Source: Cirrosporium novae-zelandiae
Lineage: Eukaryota
Assembly (NCBI GenBank): GCA_026023565.1
Contig: JAPETS010000016.1
Span: 1-64,000 of the forward strand
DNA: 64,000 nucleotides
Reading direction: 5' to 3'
Shown: piece after piece, positions 49,233 through 63,294 of the stretch
Position numbering within the stretch: position 1 is the first letter of the stretch
How the letters are laid out: the number at the start of each line of letters is the position of its first letter
Program-made: the position numbers and the translations under genes
The notes under the pieces: generated by a model
Told to the model about the DNA's origin: nothing
The model's input: the letters and a program-made list of their open reading frames with translations, nothing else
Databases searched by the model: none

Positions 49233-50028
49233 TCATGCTAATATGGGCTCTGCAGTATTTCGTTGTTCTCTGGCACGTTCCTTGGCTCTTTGACGCCTTG
49301 CTTCGACCTTCTGCTTTTCCCTTTCAGCTTCTGTTAATTCGGCTGCCTCATCTTGTATAGGATTTTGAAGTTCTGAGCCAGGCGCTTCTGGCATAGTAGG
49401 CAATTTAGTTCCATTAATTTCCTGCTCCAGGGCTTCCAGTTCATCTTCAACCTCATCCTCATCTTCATTTGACATTTGACCGCTGAGCATTTCACTTATT
49501 TCCTGTGACACATAATGAAATCAGTAACCAAGACATTGATATTATAGCAGGAGCACAGACTCGTTGATATGCCCTAGCTTCCTCAGTCTCTTCAAGAAGC
49601 TGCTCCACCTTCTCGAGGCCCCCCATCTCTCTGTGTATTTCCTTTAGGACACTGGTCCCTTGTTCTAGTCCGAACAGAACATCTCTTTGGATCGCAGCAA
49701 ACTCAACGCTGCTAGTCAGATTCTCCAGTTGCTCCAGCTGTGCATCAGTTTTCTCCAGTAGCGATTCTTGATATTTTTTTCGGCGCAAGGCTAGTAAAGC
49801 CTTTGATTTGTCACCACGGGCAAGACATTCTTTTGCGATAGCTTTCTCACGATCTGTGATGATGGTAATCTTCTTTTGGTATTGGTGAAGTTTGTCACGC
49901 TGAATTTTCATGTCCAGGATAGCCCTACGATGCTATCGGTTAGTCAATACATCCAAACCTAAAGAAATCTTTGATTTTATTTACTTATCCTGGGCAGATA
50001 TCTTGTGTCTGCTTGGTTGATTGCCCAT
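49233..50028 (-). CDS. VPS20: ESCRT-III subunit Vps20/CHMP6 (Snf7 family), 3 exons
   Basis: Myristoylation-type start MGNQPSRHKISAQD, AILDMKIQRDKLHQYQKKI, ALLALRRKKYQESLL, EISEMLSGQMSNEDEDEVEDELEAL. Confidence 0.93.
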
Positions 50029-50201
50029 TGCAACATGTTAGAACTTCGGTGATTGTATGACGTTAGGCGAGATTCATTGGTGAAGTTGCAGTCTCTTATC
50101 GATAAGACTGGGAGATGAATCCTTGCTGCAGGCACAGAACCTTAAAAATAATCTGAGAATAAATTCCCAAAATTTTGCGTCGCCCTTAACCAAGAAGCAA
50201 C

Positions 50202-52478
50202 ATGCCCCCACGAAATCACAAGGGAAGGCCAAGACTTCAGCTTGGTCTCGACAGAGACGTCCACCAAGCTATACGAAAATTAGTGGACGAGCAGGACGAC
50301 CTCAAAGATCCTAACGTCAGGTTGACCGTGGCAGTGGCATACGATTGGATCAAGCAGTCGAACTCGAGACTCGGTCGTGTTCGCAAAAACCAACTTGAAG
50401 ACAGCATCGAAAGGGTTATTGCAGTGATAAAGGAGGACTCAAAAGATAATGATGACAGTGGATCAATAGATGGAGACTTTGAAGGCATCGAAGATCAGCA
50501 CATACCGGACTTGAATAGTATGAATATGGCATTAAGGAAAACATGGGCAGCCAATGATACTCCTAAGTTAGCTGCACCTGTTGAGCTCAATGGTAGCATC
50601 TCCAATATTGCATCTCCTCGTCCTGGATCTCCCTCTCGGACAACCCACTCGAGGAAACGTGCGGCGAACGGAGAACCGCCCAAAAAGCGACGCAAGACTC
50701 AAGACAGAGCTCCGCCAACTCATGTTAGCTTGGCTGATCTTGGAGGTGTCGACGATGTCATTGAGGATTTATCCGACCTATTAGTATTGCCGATGACTAG
50801 ACCAGAAATATATATCTCATCCAAAGTACAACCTCCTCGAGGAATACTCTTACATGGACCACCTGGTTGTGGCAAGACGCTAATTGTCAATGCATTTGCT
50901 GCTGAGATAGGTGTACCGTTCATCAATATATCGGCGCCAAGTATTGTTTCTGGGATGTCGGGGGAATCCGAGAAAGCGCTACGAGAACATTTTGAAGAGG
51001 CGAAGCAGATAGCTCCTTGTATAATTTTTATTGATGAGATAGACGCTATAACCCCAAAACGAGAGAATTCCCAGAGGGAGATGGAGAAGAGGATTGTTGC
51101 ACAGCTACTTACTTGTATGGATGATTTGTCATTAGAAAAAACTGATGGGAAATGCGTGATGGTGCTTGCCGCTACGAACCGGCCTGACAGCCTGGACCCT
51201 GCGCTTCGTCGAGGAGGCCGTTTCGATAAAGAGATCAATATGAGCGTGCCGAATGAGCAAGTACGAGAAAAAATTTTGCGAGCCTTGACAAGACATATGG
51301 CTCTTGACGGAAGTTTTGACTACGCTGGCTTAGCGAAAAGAACCCCTGGGTTTGTTGGTGCTGATCTTAATGATTTGGTATCTACGGCAGGATATTGTTC
51401 TATTAAGCGGTATCTAGAAGAGCTACGGCGTCAGTCAACGAATGACATGGAGATTGATGATGATGGCGAAGAGCAGTCTATATCTCCCAAACTGAAGGAG
51501 TTGAGAAGATTGATTAAGGCCGCAAAAGAACCCAGAGAGCAAACCGAGTCTCAGGTCATCTCTATAACCTTTGCTGACTTTGAGACCGCTTTACCCAAAA
51601 TCCAACCTTCTTCTAAGAGAGAAGGCTTTGCGACGGTTCCGGACACAACCTGGGAAAACATTGGTGCCCTTGAAGAAGTTCAAGAGGAGCTAAAGACATC
51701 TGTAGTCGAGCCTATAAGGAACCCAGGAAGGTACGAGAAAGTGGGTATTACGGCACCTACTGGTGTTTTGCTCTGGGGACCGCCCGGATGTGGCAAGACG
51801 CTACTTGCAAAGGCTGTAGCAAACGAATCGAGAGCAAACTTCATCAGTGTTAAAGGCCCTGAACTTTTGAACAAATATGTGGGAGAGTCTGAGAGGGCTG
51901 TACGTCAAGTCTTTGTCCGTGCAAGGAGTAGTATTCCCTGCATTATTTTTTTTGGTAAGAAATGAAATTTGCAAATTGTATTTTTTCTCAACTGACTGAA
52001 TGTAGACGAATTTGATGCCTTGGTACCTGCGCGACAGGACTCACAATCAGAGGCTACTACAAGAGTTGTCAATACCATGTTGACCGAACTCAACGGGGTG
52101 AACGATCGAAAAGGAATATACGTCATTGCTGCTACGAATCGTCCCGATATGATAGATCGCGCGATCTTGCGAAGTGGTCGAATGGAGAATAAGATTTATG
52201 TGGGATTACCAGGAGAAAACGAAAGAGTTGAGATTTTGCGGGCTCTATTTCACGGCTTGCCCATTCAATGGGAAGAAGACTTTGCCAAGATTGCGCGTGA
52301 ATGCGAGGGCTTCAGCGGTGCAGATCTGGAGAGTCTGCTTCGTCGTGCTGGTTATGCGGCTATCAAACGAAATGATACCATCAAATGTATAGATTTTGAG
52401 ACTGCAAAGGGAGTTGTACGACCAAGTGTCACGGACATGAAAAAATATGAGCGGTTAAGACAGGGTGGATTAGTATGA
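50202..52478 (+). CDS. RIX7: Ribosome biogenesis AAA ATPase Rix7/NVL; intron 51955-52005
   Basis: Two AAA domains (GPPGCGKT twice), [65 protein letters not shown]. Confidence 0.96.
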
Positions 52479-55400
52479 CTCCAGCTCCTCATCTGAATTG
52501 TTTAGACTTCAGTCGACCCAGAGATTTTGAGATCGTCACGAGGCTTGCCTCCTATATAGCTAATTCGAGATTTGGGTCTGAAATTCAATTAGCTGGCTAC
52601 CAATTAATATCTGTCCTGGTTCTGCATTGTGCATATATTGAGCCTGCCATTACAAAGGCGGTGTACGGTTTATATCAACCTCAACGTTTCTTTTTCTTTC
52701 TTGACTGTTATCGACAATTTTGATTAGCCATGATAATTTTATGATACTCGCACAAGAACTGAGCAACACATCGCTTGGTTTTCTCGGTTATGGGTCAGGG
52801 AGTCTTTTAACCGCTGTCAACGTGACCAAAGGACATTGTGACATGTCTTCGCGAACTCGATGACCTCGTTTGTGCACAATGAACCCATGATGATTATCAT
52901 GGATGAGACGACGCCCATAAGTCAGCCACCGTTATTTGAAGTGTTGAACATGGCATCTCTGAGTACGAACACCATCTCAAAGCCGATGCACATGACCCAC
53001 TGTGACTCCGTACGAAACAAAACGTTCGTAGGCAAAACAACCTTCAACAGCTATCAAGGATCAACGCTCTCTTTCGATGATTAGAAAAGCAAAACTCCCA
53101 AATTCCTGGGTCAGAAAACATTAAACAGAAACAATATTCCCAATTCATGCAAAAATTTCCCAGCATATCAAAACAGAAGGAAACATAGGCGTCCTCTCAG
53201 ATGAGTCTGCCGGGTTTAATAGATAGTATGAAGGAATTAATGATATCCGATATTTTGCAAACCATGAGCACGCTTGGTGGCAAGATCCCAAAACTGCGAG
53301 TAAGATAAAAACAACTTCGACATGCGATCTGTAGTGACCATACTAGTTTTCATTCGTCCCTTCACTTTTTGTCTTAGCAGATCAAAGTATGAGGATATTG
53401 ATATTCCAACATGTGGATCGGAAAAAGAGAAATGGCTCAAGGTAAATTATTCGACCAGCAGTTCAGGGGCATCAAGAGATATTTCAATGTTAGCTAGTAA
53501 TTTATGTTGAATGGCCTCATTTTAATAAAGGTAAACAATGGCAGGATGTTCTTTCGAGCAATTTGCTTGGGAGTGCATGGGAGATACTATTGAAAAATGA
53601 GACCCGCCTTAAAAAGATGCTTTGGACTTTCGAGCACAGTTGAGCTCAACCACATCAGATCTCCCTAGGCCGGTGTCATGGATGACTCCATGCATGGCTA
53701 ACATTGTATCCTCCGAGGAAGTACACCTTAATCCAGAAATGGAGATCGCCTGCACTCCGCAAATGTCTCAGGGTCGATCAGCTGTGTCAATGAACGGCTG
53801 CCTACTTGAGGCAACCTCAGGGAGCATCGCTTGTGCAAGTTCTCTTGTCCTCGAGGCTTGAGGATGCAATTTCCCGCCACAACGTATTCCTAACGATATG
53901 AACAACCCAGAGATTTGGGATGGTTAATGGCTTGAAGGGTGAAGGGAAGATGTATCTGGAATATGAGCAAGGGCATGGGGGTTATGGACATGGGCTTAAA
54001 CTGGGGATAGGATGTAGATGTCGCTGTTTTTGAGGCATTGTAAAGCGGCGAATGCTGTGGGAAGGCGAATATCCAGGGAAGAAAGCTGGGGTGCAGATCA
54101 AGTTTTGGATCGTCAGTGGGGGAGGGCGACATGGATGGTCTACAGGTAAGCCTTGGTTGGCGTTTGTACCAAGTAATAGCAGATAGGTTATTGAGATTAG
54201 CAGCAGTCTTGACAGGGAATTTTTATTATAATTCTCGATATGCTTGTTCATCTTCCTGCACACAACTAGTTCCATTGCAAAAGCAGAATAGGGGAAGTAA
54301 AGTTGAGGACTAACAATTCAGGCATCAAAAGCAGGCATCAAGTTTAACCTTGAGGATTTTGACTTTTCACTTGTCTCTAAAATAACACTCTAAAATCTCT
54401 AAAATAACACCAACACCTCCCCCACACTTTCTCCCAACTTTCCAACCTCCAAGTACCAAGCCCACATCTTGATCCAAAACGCAGCTTCAATCCATGAACC
54501 CTGAAATCATGAATCCTAAACCCTTCACGCCCTTGTCTCAATTAACAAGACTAAAAATGTAAAAATGCCACAAACTTGCAGCTGGCATAACGCTGCCAAG
54601 TCGAACGAACCTGCATTACATTGCATTGCATTGCATTGCGCAAGCGTGGGGCGTGAGGAAAGGGCCCACTACAAACCTCACCATACGACGGCTCGTTCCG
54701 CTCGATTTTCAGCCTATACGTACGAGCTCGGCCTCCTCGTGCTACTTACGCGATTCTTGAGACTTGAGCCTTGAAAATACTTTGATTCGCGCCGAGTCGG
54801 CCACCGCCGCTGTGTTATTACTCCCAGCATTAAGGAATGAATACAGCGATTGCAGATTTTACGTACAGAGGACATTGCATTGCAGGTGGGCAGAACTATC
54901 CATCTTCCACAGTGACGAACCGGCTAGATTAGGCTGTGTTACAAGGTTTGCACGTTTGTGACTTCGTCTATGCAAATACAGATGAAGTAGGTCTACACGG
55001 GACGTTACAAGGGGGGCTAATTTAAGATACCGAACATGTCCATCCTACGACAGCGTTTATCTTTAAACAGTGGATGAACTATCTAATTAACGGTGCGGAA
55101 TAAAAGAAAGAAAGAGATGGATGGCGTTTGAAGAGGCGTGGGGTGGGTGAGGGAAATGAATAGTATTGTGACTTCTCCAGCTCCTCAGTGAAACATGTAT
55201 CGCCAATTGATTGATGGATTCATCTTCACTAGCACAATTTCCCCGGAACGCCTCAACACCGATTTGCAATCCCATCACAACCGAGCTGGTAGGTGGCGGC
55301 TTACACGAACACAACGAAGCGTCTACCTGAACTAAGGTAGCCTTCTTATTGATTGTGGCCAACAGTTATGATGTATGATGCCTTAGGCTTAGAAAATCTT

Positions 55401-57649
55401 TGGAATCCCCCGATCTACGTTGGTGTGCTACCCCTTGTGGTTGTTAGTGCAAATCCAGCACATTTTTTACAGCTATCTACGCGGCAAGCTGAAAAGCGTC
55501 ATTGTGAAGAGGAGAAGGTCGCACGGATATGAATCATTATTCATTCATTCACCAAAGTCGCATTCCACGGAGTTACGACAACAAGGTGGCTAGGTTCTAA
55601 GTACTCTCGAAGTTGTGGCTGTTACAACGCCCACTGCTGTCCGTACGTGATGGCTGTCCATCCTCATGCGAATGTTCCATGAAGGTGCCGTATTGGCGTG
55701 CAGCCTGTAGAGAATAAAGCAGATGGTGTAGTAGTCGTTGTGATTGATGACTGATTGCTCTAAAATATGTTCTCTTGATGCTTTACTGTCCTGCAGCGTG
55801 CCTGCCTTAAGGGACCATAATTTAGTATTGGCTTCTCATCACTCACGCCTTTGCTGGTTTTGAAAAAAACTCTTTGTTGCATCTTCTCCTATCTGTTCAT
55901 TTTCTTACCAAATGAATCTGTCCTTTTCTTTCTCATCAATCATTTCCAAAACATAATTGCTTCTTGATTTCCCAGTAGACTAACCTCCACGGGACCCGAC
56001 ATTGCAATATCCCCGCCCTCCGCGCCTCGCCATAATGTTCCCGTCCTTGCTAGAACACCAGTTCCACTCCCAGGCCGTAACTCTAGTCCATTTTGCTTAC
56101 TTCCGACATCGATGGATCCTAGATCACTACTTTTTGCCCCCACATTGCGAGATATATTCCACTTTGGTCTCGATGTGATCCTCGTTGGCATTCATGGGAG
56201 AGCCCAACGTCCGATCCCTTGGGTTTTTTTACCGTGTCTTCATCTTATTCATGTAACCGATGGTTATTTCAGCTGGTCCGATGTTGATGAACTTGCTTGT
56301 AGATGAGTCGGGCAGGCTCATCTCACAGTTAGTTCCTTTTTTGTCAAACTTTCCGCTGCTCTACCGCTGTGTTGGTTGAAGATGAGCTATTAATCAAGTA
56401 TCCCAGACTTAGCTTTTAGACAGCATTGTCTGGCCAGATATCTAGCGCAATATGCTATGTCGCACAAAGAAATGTTGAGAGTTTTTTTTTCAATCCCGCT
56501 CTGTTGGAGTAGCAAATCTCGGGAAAGGAAAGGTTCTGCGACGTTGGATCCTCTTAATCCTATCGGAAGCCTTACCATTATTTAGTGCGATACACAGATA
56601 AATACGTCTACATGACATTTTCCATGGCTTAACCGGTCTGCTGTCCCACAACACGATCATTTGCCGTGGCCTCGGACTTGAATTTGCTGTGGAATATGAA
56701 GAGAGTCTCCCGCGAAACGGTAGTACTAGTATTTGACTGCTTGTTGGAAGTCGCACGAGGACGCCCAAATTTCCGGTGAAGCGGAATGGGAGTGGAAACC
56801 CTCGGGGGATGGAAAGAAGCCGCGACGTCGGTATCTGTCTCAACAAAGTGTTTCCCAATATACTCGGTGAACCGTCCCTCGATCTCTTCTTCTGGTTACG
56901 GTGAATCCTACTCTCTCATATGATATCAGGCCTCGGAAGAATCTCAGGTCCAGATGCCCAAAGCTATCTTCCAGCAATCACGTCTTATCTATCTCCCATT
57001 AGCATCTCCAGGGAAGCTTCATCCTGATGCAACTTCCCACAGTTGTCCTTAACCGCTATTAACTGAAACCACTGACGGCTAATGACATGTCTCAATCGTA
57101 TTGATGGTGCCTGGCATTATCTTCGCAAGTAGAGCTTCAAGTATCCGCGTCCATCAATGAGCACAAGTCCATCACGTAATTCATTATGTCGTGCATATTT
57201 TTGCAATGCCGAAAAGCATGATTGCTTTTTCCTTTCGGTCCTAAAGCGGCATAAGGAGTTATCTTACAGCTTGCGGCTGGCTGGTCGGTATCCGTTTTTT
57301 CGAAACGCATCACCTTGAAATTTTAAGTCAGCCTTTGAGGCTTTAGGAACTGACTGGGCTAACCGAACCACTCTATGCTTTCACCCACAGTTACGTAGTT
57401 GTAGCTGTAGCTGTCAGTACAATCATTAATGTCTATTACGTCTATTCTAGCTGCGTACCCGAAGCCGTTATCCATTCCCCCATCTCCCGTCCTAAACGAA
57501 CTCGAGAGAAAAGAAAAGATCAGACCAGAACCGGAGCGACCGGCTGAGCACACAACAACAACTTAATCAACGATAGAGATTCAGTCAGGCAATAAGTGGC
57601 AGTCAGGCAGGTACTTAGTAGGTAGACAGTCAAAGCTTTAATTTAATTT

Positions 57650-60600
57650 TCCATTTACGTTTTTTTATTTATTTTACCCTTTTAGAGGAAAAAAAAAAGA
57701 AAAAAAAAAGAAAAAAATATTCATATTCATATTAATTCCCATTCCATTCTCATTCCCATTAATTTTTTTTTTCAAGTTTTGATGTCACTCCTTCCTCCCT
57801 GAGCCCTCTCTCTTGATAGAAGAAAATGTAGGGAGGGGGGAGGCGGAATATGGGGAAGGTACATAGCAAGACAGGGGAAGCCAGAACAGGGCAGGGCAAG
57901 ACAGGGCAGGGCAAGACAGGGCAAGCAGAATATGGCAGGGGCGCGGTCCTTTTCCTTTCCTTTCCTTTCCTTTCCTTTCGGTATACATTCGAAAGTACTC
58001 GAGTAGATAGAAGTAAATTCAACAGTCCCTCAAGGCCCGAGTCCGAGCCCGAGTCCTAGGTTTTCTTTCTTTTTTTTCATATGATTGTGGATCGTGGATT
58101 GTGGATCGTGATTCTTCACGATATGTAGACATGTAGATATGTATTGTAGAAAGTACCTGGGTAGAGTTTTTTTTGTTTTTTGGCTTTGTATGTAAGGATG
58201 GATGATGACATCGACAAGGAGCCAAGAGTCAAGAGTGAGTAAATTGTAAAGAATTCAAAAATGCAATATGCAACATGCAACATGCACATCATAATCATCA
58301 TTCATAACTATAACTTTCTAGTACACCCTTTTTGCCTTACCTTGGCAAAGGGAAACCATCATTGGCCACCCGACTTTAACTTTTTACGTATACGCTTTTT
58401 TCGTACACAGTACATATATAAGTATATAAGTACCTAGGTATATACGTATCTCACCACACACATTATTCTCTCTGTTCTCTCCCTTTCTCCCTTTCTCGCC
58501 AACCATAACCCCATCTCCTTACCCCCCCCCCCTTTCAAAAAAAAAAGAGTTCACAGTTCAGCAGAACACAAAACAAGATTTTTTTTTTTGGACTGAGTCA
58601 GTAACTGTACGTGTTGTACCTTGCAGAGAATAATGAATTATTAATAATAATGGATGGTGGGTGGGTGGCTTTTTTGAGACATGGAAGGTAGAAGGTAGAG
58701 GGGAACCGCGATTTCGGATTTCGAGAGGAGGTTGTTATTTTTATTTTGTGCTCGTTTTGAATCAGATGTAGGTAGGCAGGTAGGTAGAGGGAGGTAATAT
58801 GTTATCTTCTTTTTCTCTTCTCTTAGAACCAATCTGATTTAATTTTAGGGATTTGCTATTTTTTTTTTTTTTCGAGGGAGTTTGATACATGGACCCATGA
58901 CCCCCCCGTTTGATCAGTTCTAGTCGACTTAGGAATTTCTTTTCTTTTTCTTTTTTGCCCTTTTTGGTAATGTGAAAGATTTGTATGTGGGGGAAATGGA
59001 GAGATGGAAAAGAAGGGCATAGGAATTTTAAAAAAAAAAATAAAAAAACAGGAGAAAAAGGCACGTTTTTTTTCCCCCACGTCTTTCCCACGCCTTTCCC
59101 ACGCTTTTCCCACGCTTCCTTCTTCTTCTTCTTCTTCTTCTTCCTCCTCTCATCTCTCCTTGGTTAGTTGGAAGTCGAAGTCGAAGGAAAGAATAATGAT
59201 AATAATAATAGAAAGGTGTGAGTTGTAATGAAATGAATAGCCGTGAAGAATCCGGGATTAATTAATTGTTCATTGGTTCATTCCTCGTAATTGGTTTATT
59301 TTTATAGTAGGCTTGATGGGTTGGTTGATAGGTTCGAACGGGTTTTGTGTTGACGCGTAAACTTGGCTTTCCCCCTGATCGTGTCATGGTCGTGTTGTAC
59401 TAATGTATGTATGTATATGCAAGAAGGTGGGGGGAGTGGATTGGTGGGTAGGTTAGGGTAGGGTAGAGTGGGTTGGGTTGGTGGAGTAGTGAGGAGATGG
59501 ACCTCATCATTATCAATTATCAATTATTCCCGGATATGGTAATTTTGTTCATAATAATAGACAATCTAATGTTTCGAGATATGTTTTTTTCGTACTGTAC
59601 AATTGTGGGTGCTTGGGTTTTGGTGGATGTGTGTGGATTGGGGGGAATTGTGGGGAGTGTATAGTAAAGGGTATCTATATTTCTATTTTAGTGGATAACT
59701 GAATAGTAATGAGAGGATATGAGGTAGAGAGGTAGATCGAGAGTGAGTGAGTGAGTGAGAGAGTGAATGAGAAAGAGAGAGAGAGAGGTTGCGTATTCCC
59801 CTCCCTCCACTTCCTTCTTCCCCTGCCCAGTGCGTGTCGTGTTCGATTATTCGATTACGACCATTGATCCATTGAATTGATTCATATCCAATCCATCCAT
59901 CCACCTCTCTATCTTATCCATCCGATCGTGATCCCCCATCCCCATCACCAACTATCAACCATCACTATCAACCACGAATCCTCTCCCCTCTCTAAATCCA
60001 CATCCCCACCTAACCCTCCTCCACTCTACCCTTACTCCTCCCCCTTTGCTTTACTTACCTAATTAACCAACACAACTAAACCTCGCTTGACCCTTTTCCC
60101 CTCCCCCCTCCTCCTCGAAAAGAAAGATGAAAAAAAGCTTTTCCGATTATTTATTTATATGGCAAAGGAGTTTGGTTCGATCGATCGATCAATTCCAAAA
60201 GATATGGTAGAATATTACCTTTCTTTGTTTCTACTTGTAGTGGGTTGAATTAGCTTTGGCCAATCATGCTGGCTAGCTAGGTAGTCAGTGTAGGCGGGGG
60301 GGTTTCAAGTTCAAGCTGAAGCTTGAGGTTTGAGCTTGAGCTTGGAGTTGAAGTGGTTAGCTGGCTGGTTGGCTAAGTATAGGTTTACGCACGTGTGTAT
60401 ATATATACATATACATACACAAGGTAGGTACCTTTTGGGGGGAAGGGGGGGCGAAAGTTGTATGTATAATAGGTACCATATACATCCATCGATACATCCA
60501 TAAATACAGGTATCCATAAAATTAAAAAAAGGGATAGGTACTCTAAGTAAGTACCTAAGCACCTACTGTAGGTACTATGACCCCATCCATCCATGACGAC

Positions 60601-62700
60601 AACAACAAGGAAAATGATATAACACCTTAAACACCTTACTTAAACGATGAATCACATTCATTTCTTTACCCTTTATTTTTTTTTGCTTTTGCTTTTGATT
60701 TGCATTTAGTTTTTGCTTTGGTAACTTTATTGAAGGAAAGCTCCCTAGGGAACTAACCAACCATTAGAGCGTGGGGGGGGCACGTGGGGGGGACGAAGAG
60801 GGAAAAGAAAAAAGGGGGAGAGAGGGGGAATTATTCTCATCCAATGGATGGAAAGTTTAACTTACTACTAATGCGCTTTTTACTTAAAAATAAAGAAAAG
60901 GTTGAAATTTTGAACCTCGGTTTATTTCCTTCACCCTTGTGTACTGTTTGTGCCTAGGTATGATGCTATAAGCACTTTATATCTATTTACCTTGCTTACT
61001 TACCTTTTTTATTATTTCCTTTCCGTGTTATGAAATAGTAAAACAATAAAATAAAATAAAAACATGTGTACATAGGTATATATATATATATACTTTCTTG
61101 CATGAGATTAATTGGATTGGAGAATTTAAAAAAAAAAAAACAAAAAAAAGTTTTTAAAACATCTGTTTGTACTTTTTACTTACGTACAATATGTAGATCG
61201 TCGATTCAGCTCGATTCAGCTCAGGGACATCGATCAAGGTGCATGAGGAGTATGTAGCAAGTAAGTAGTAGTCCAGGTCCTCCCCTCCTCTCAAATACCC
61301 AAACCCCAAAATCCCGAGTCCCAATCAAGTCGTCTAGCTTCCCCAAAAGGAAGGTACCGAACGGGACGGCCGCTGGCTGCTTGGGAGAGGGGGCGAGAGA
61401 GGAGGCAGGCGCTCCTTGCTCCTGCTTCTTTCTGCTCCTCAAAAGGGAAGAAGAAAAGTGTAATTATGTGTAGATACATACCTCCCGAACGAACCAAGAG
61501 CAAGCAAGCAAGTAGGAAGTTACCAAGCGCGAAAGTGAAGCAGACAAGCTCTGTGCTCTGATATCATTACACTTATAGTTAGAGGCATTGGCAAAGTACA
61601 TAAGGGACTTAAGTTAGTTACAGTTCTTTGATGACCCCTGGGGTGATGGTGATCCAGAAGCCAGACGGACTGTGGAAGGGCCGAAAGCTTAACCATGTTT
61701 TTGTTTTGTTTTTTTTGCTTCCTTTGGAGAGAGAGTGACTTATGGGTCAAGAGTCAATAGTCAAGACTACTCAAGTACCTAAGTACTTAAATAGTTTAGA
61801 GGACGAGAGTGGATATTCCTGGGGGGGGAAAACATCTATCTAGAAATCTAAAAACTTAAAAAGAAGTTAATTGGAGAAAGAAAAAATGGATCTGGGGTTC
61901 TCCTCTCTTACCAGCCGTGCTAACTCAAGTCTTCCTTTTCTGGGACCATTTTTTCTTTTCCTGCAAGGTGGAAAGTCTCGTTGTGGTTTGGTGGGAAAGT
62001 TGGGAGGGGAAAGTTGTGCGCTGGTTGGCGGGGAGTTTATTTGGAACTTTGTTTGTGGGGAGAGATCGGACTTCGGCGGAGGTTTGGAGCGGGTTGTTGT
62101 ATGTTTTTGGTTGGAATCAGATGATTTTGATTTTTTACTAATCAGAAGAATCAGAAGAATCAGAAAAATCAGAAGAAGAACGGATGTAGTGTTATTGTTT
62201 TTTGTTGGGGGGAGTACGGGGAAGTAGGAATTGAGAAGGATATGATGAAATGATTGAAATGTCTATAGTTTCTAGAAATTACAAGACGCACAAAAACGGT
62301 TATCCGACTCCGAAACACGTACACCGTATACCGTATACCGTACACAGTATTACGGATGCACAGTAGGTCCGATATCTGCCAATCTATCAAATCTACGGAA
62401 CTCAACAGTCTGGAGCCCCGAACAGATCAAGATACACACACAGCCTACCATGTACCACGCGTCCCTCGTCAGAAATGAGAGAAAAAGAAAATGAAAAAAG
62501 AAAGAAAAGAAGAAAAGTAATGCCAAGCTTTCCAAAAGGCAACGCAATTAATTGCGCAACAGATCCATCTGATATACCAAACACAATCCCGAGACTTGGA
62601 TGAAGTAGACATCATCCCACCTTTTCTTTTCAGCCAAGCAGGCAGATCCCCCCTCCTCTCCCCCAGCCCAGCCCCAGCCTTAGAACGGATGGATCCTGTG
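57650..62700. repeat. Microsatellite/homopolymer-rich non-coding tract
   Basis: (CAGGGCAAGA)n ~57870-57925, (TTTCC)n 57950-57978, (TTC)n 59118-59143, (GAGT/GA)n 59740-59787, (AGAAGAATC)n ~62141-62180 and many A/T/G/C runs. The ORFs are low-complexity artefacts. Confidence 0.85.
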
Positions 62701-63294
62701 ATGGATCCAAATTCTCATGGGTTGAGCTGGGTCGGAAAATGGATGCACAGTGGGTGGTGAATGAAGGAAGAAAAATCCCCAAGTAATCTCACCATTTCAC
62801 CCCATTCTCTCACTCACCCATCATGCTCTCAACCGGTCCCGTGAATCATCCCATGGCAACTCACGTTTCAGGACTAACCTTCCCAAACTCTTTGACCTGC
62901 GGAAAGGATCCTGGAGACCTTTTTTGGCTGTGGAACTTGTCGAATTCCCGTTGCAGGGATACCCCTGGGCGTCACTCATGGAATCGGTATGGTGTCGGAT
63001 GGATTTCGAGACGGCATTCCCGCAAGGAACTTCTCACCCTCTTCCTAACTTGATTTCCCGCGGTGGAGTCGGGCGGAGAATGATCGGCCGGAGCGAGCTA
63101 TATGCATAAGAGAATTATACTCGTAGACATTTAGAAACATTGGAGATACGACCAAGTCTGAAACATAACCCCAGTGCCGTTGAAACTTTTTTTTTTGCTT
63201 CAAATCTAAAAGAGTCTAGAATGCACAAAAAGAACTGAAAATGAACCAGATGAGTGAGTTTTCAAGTTATTATTAGAGTGGATTTTTTGTCCAT

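Noticed and set aside
3426..52392. Numerous antisense or overlapping short ORFs inside real genes (e.g. 33885-34406, 50720-51238, 10377-10745)
   Set aside because: Shadow ORFs from the codon structure of the opposite-strand genes; no independent motifs.
57860..58060. CRISPR-like or coding repeat (PCPVL/GQGKT repeats)
   Set aside because: Simple 5-10-bp tandem repeats without spacers, in a eukaryotic genome.
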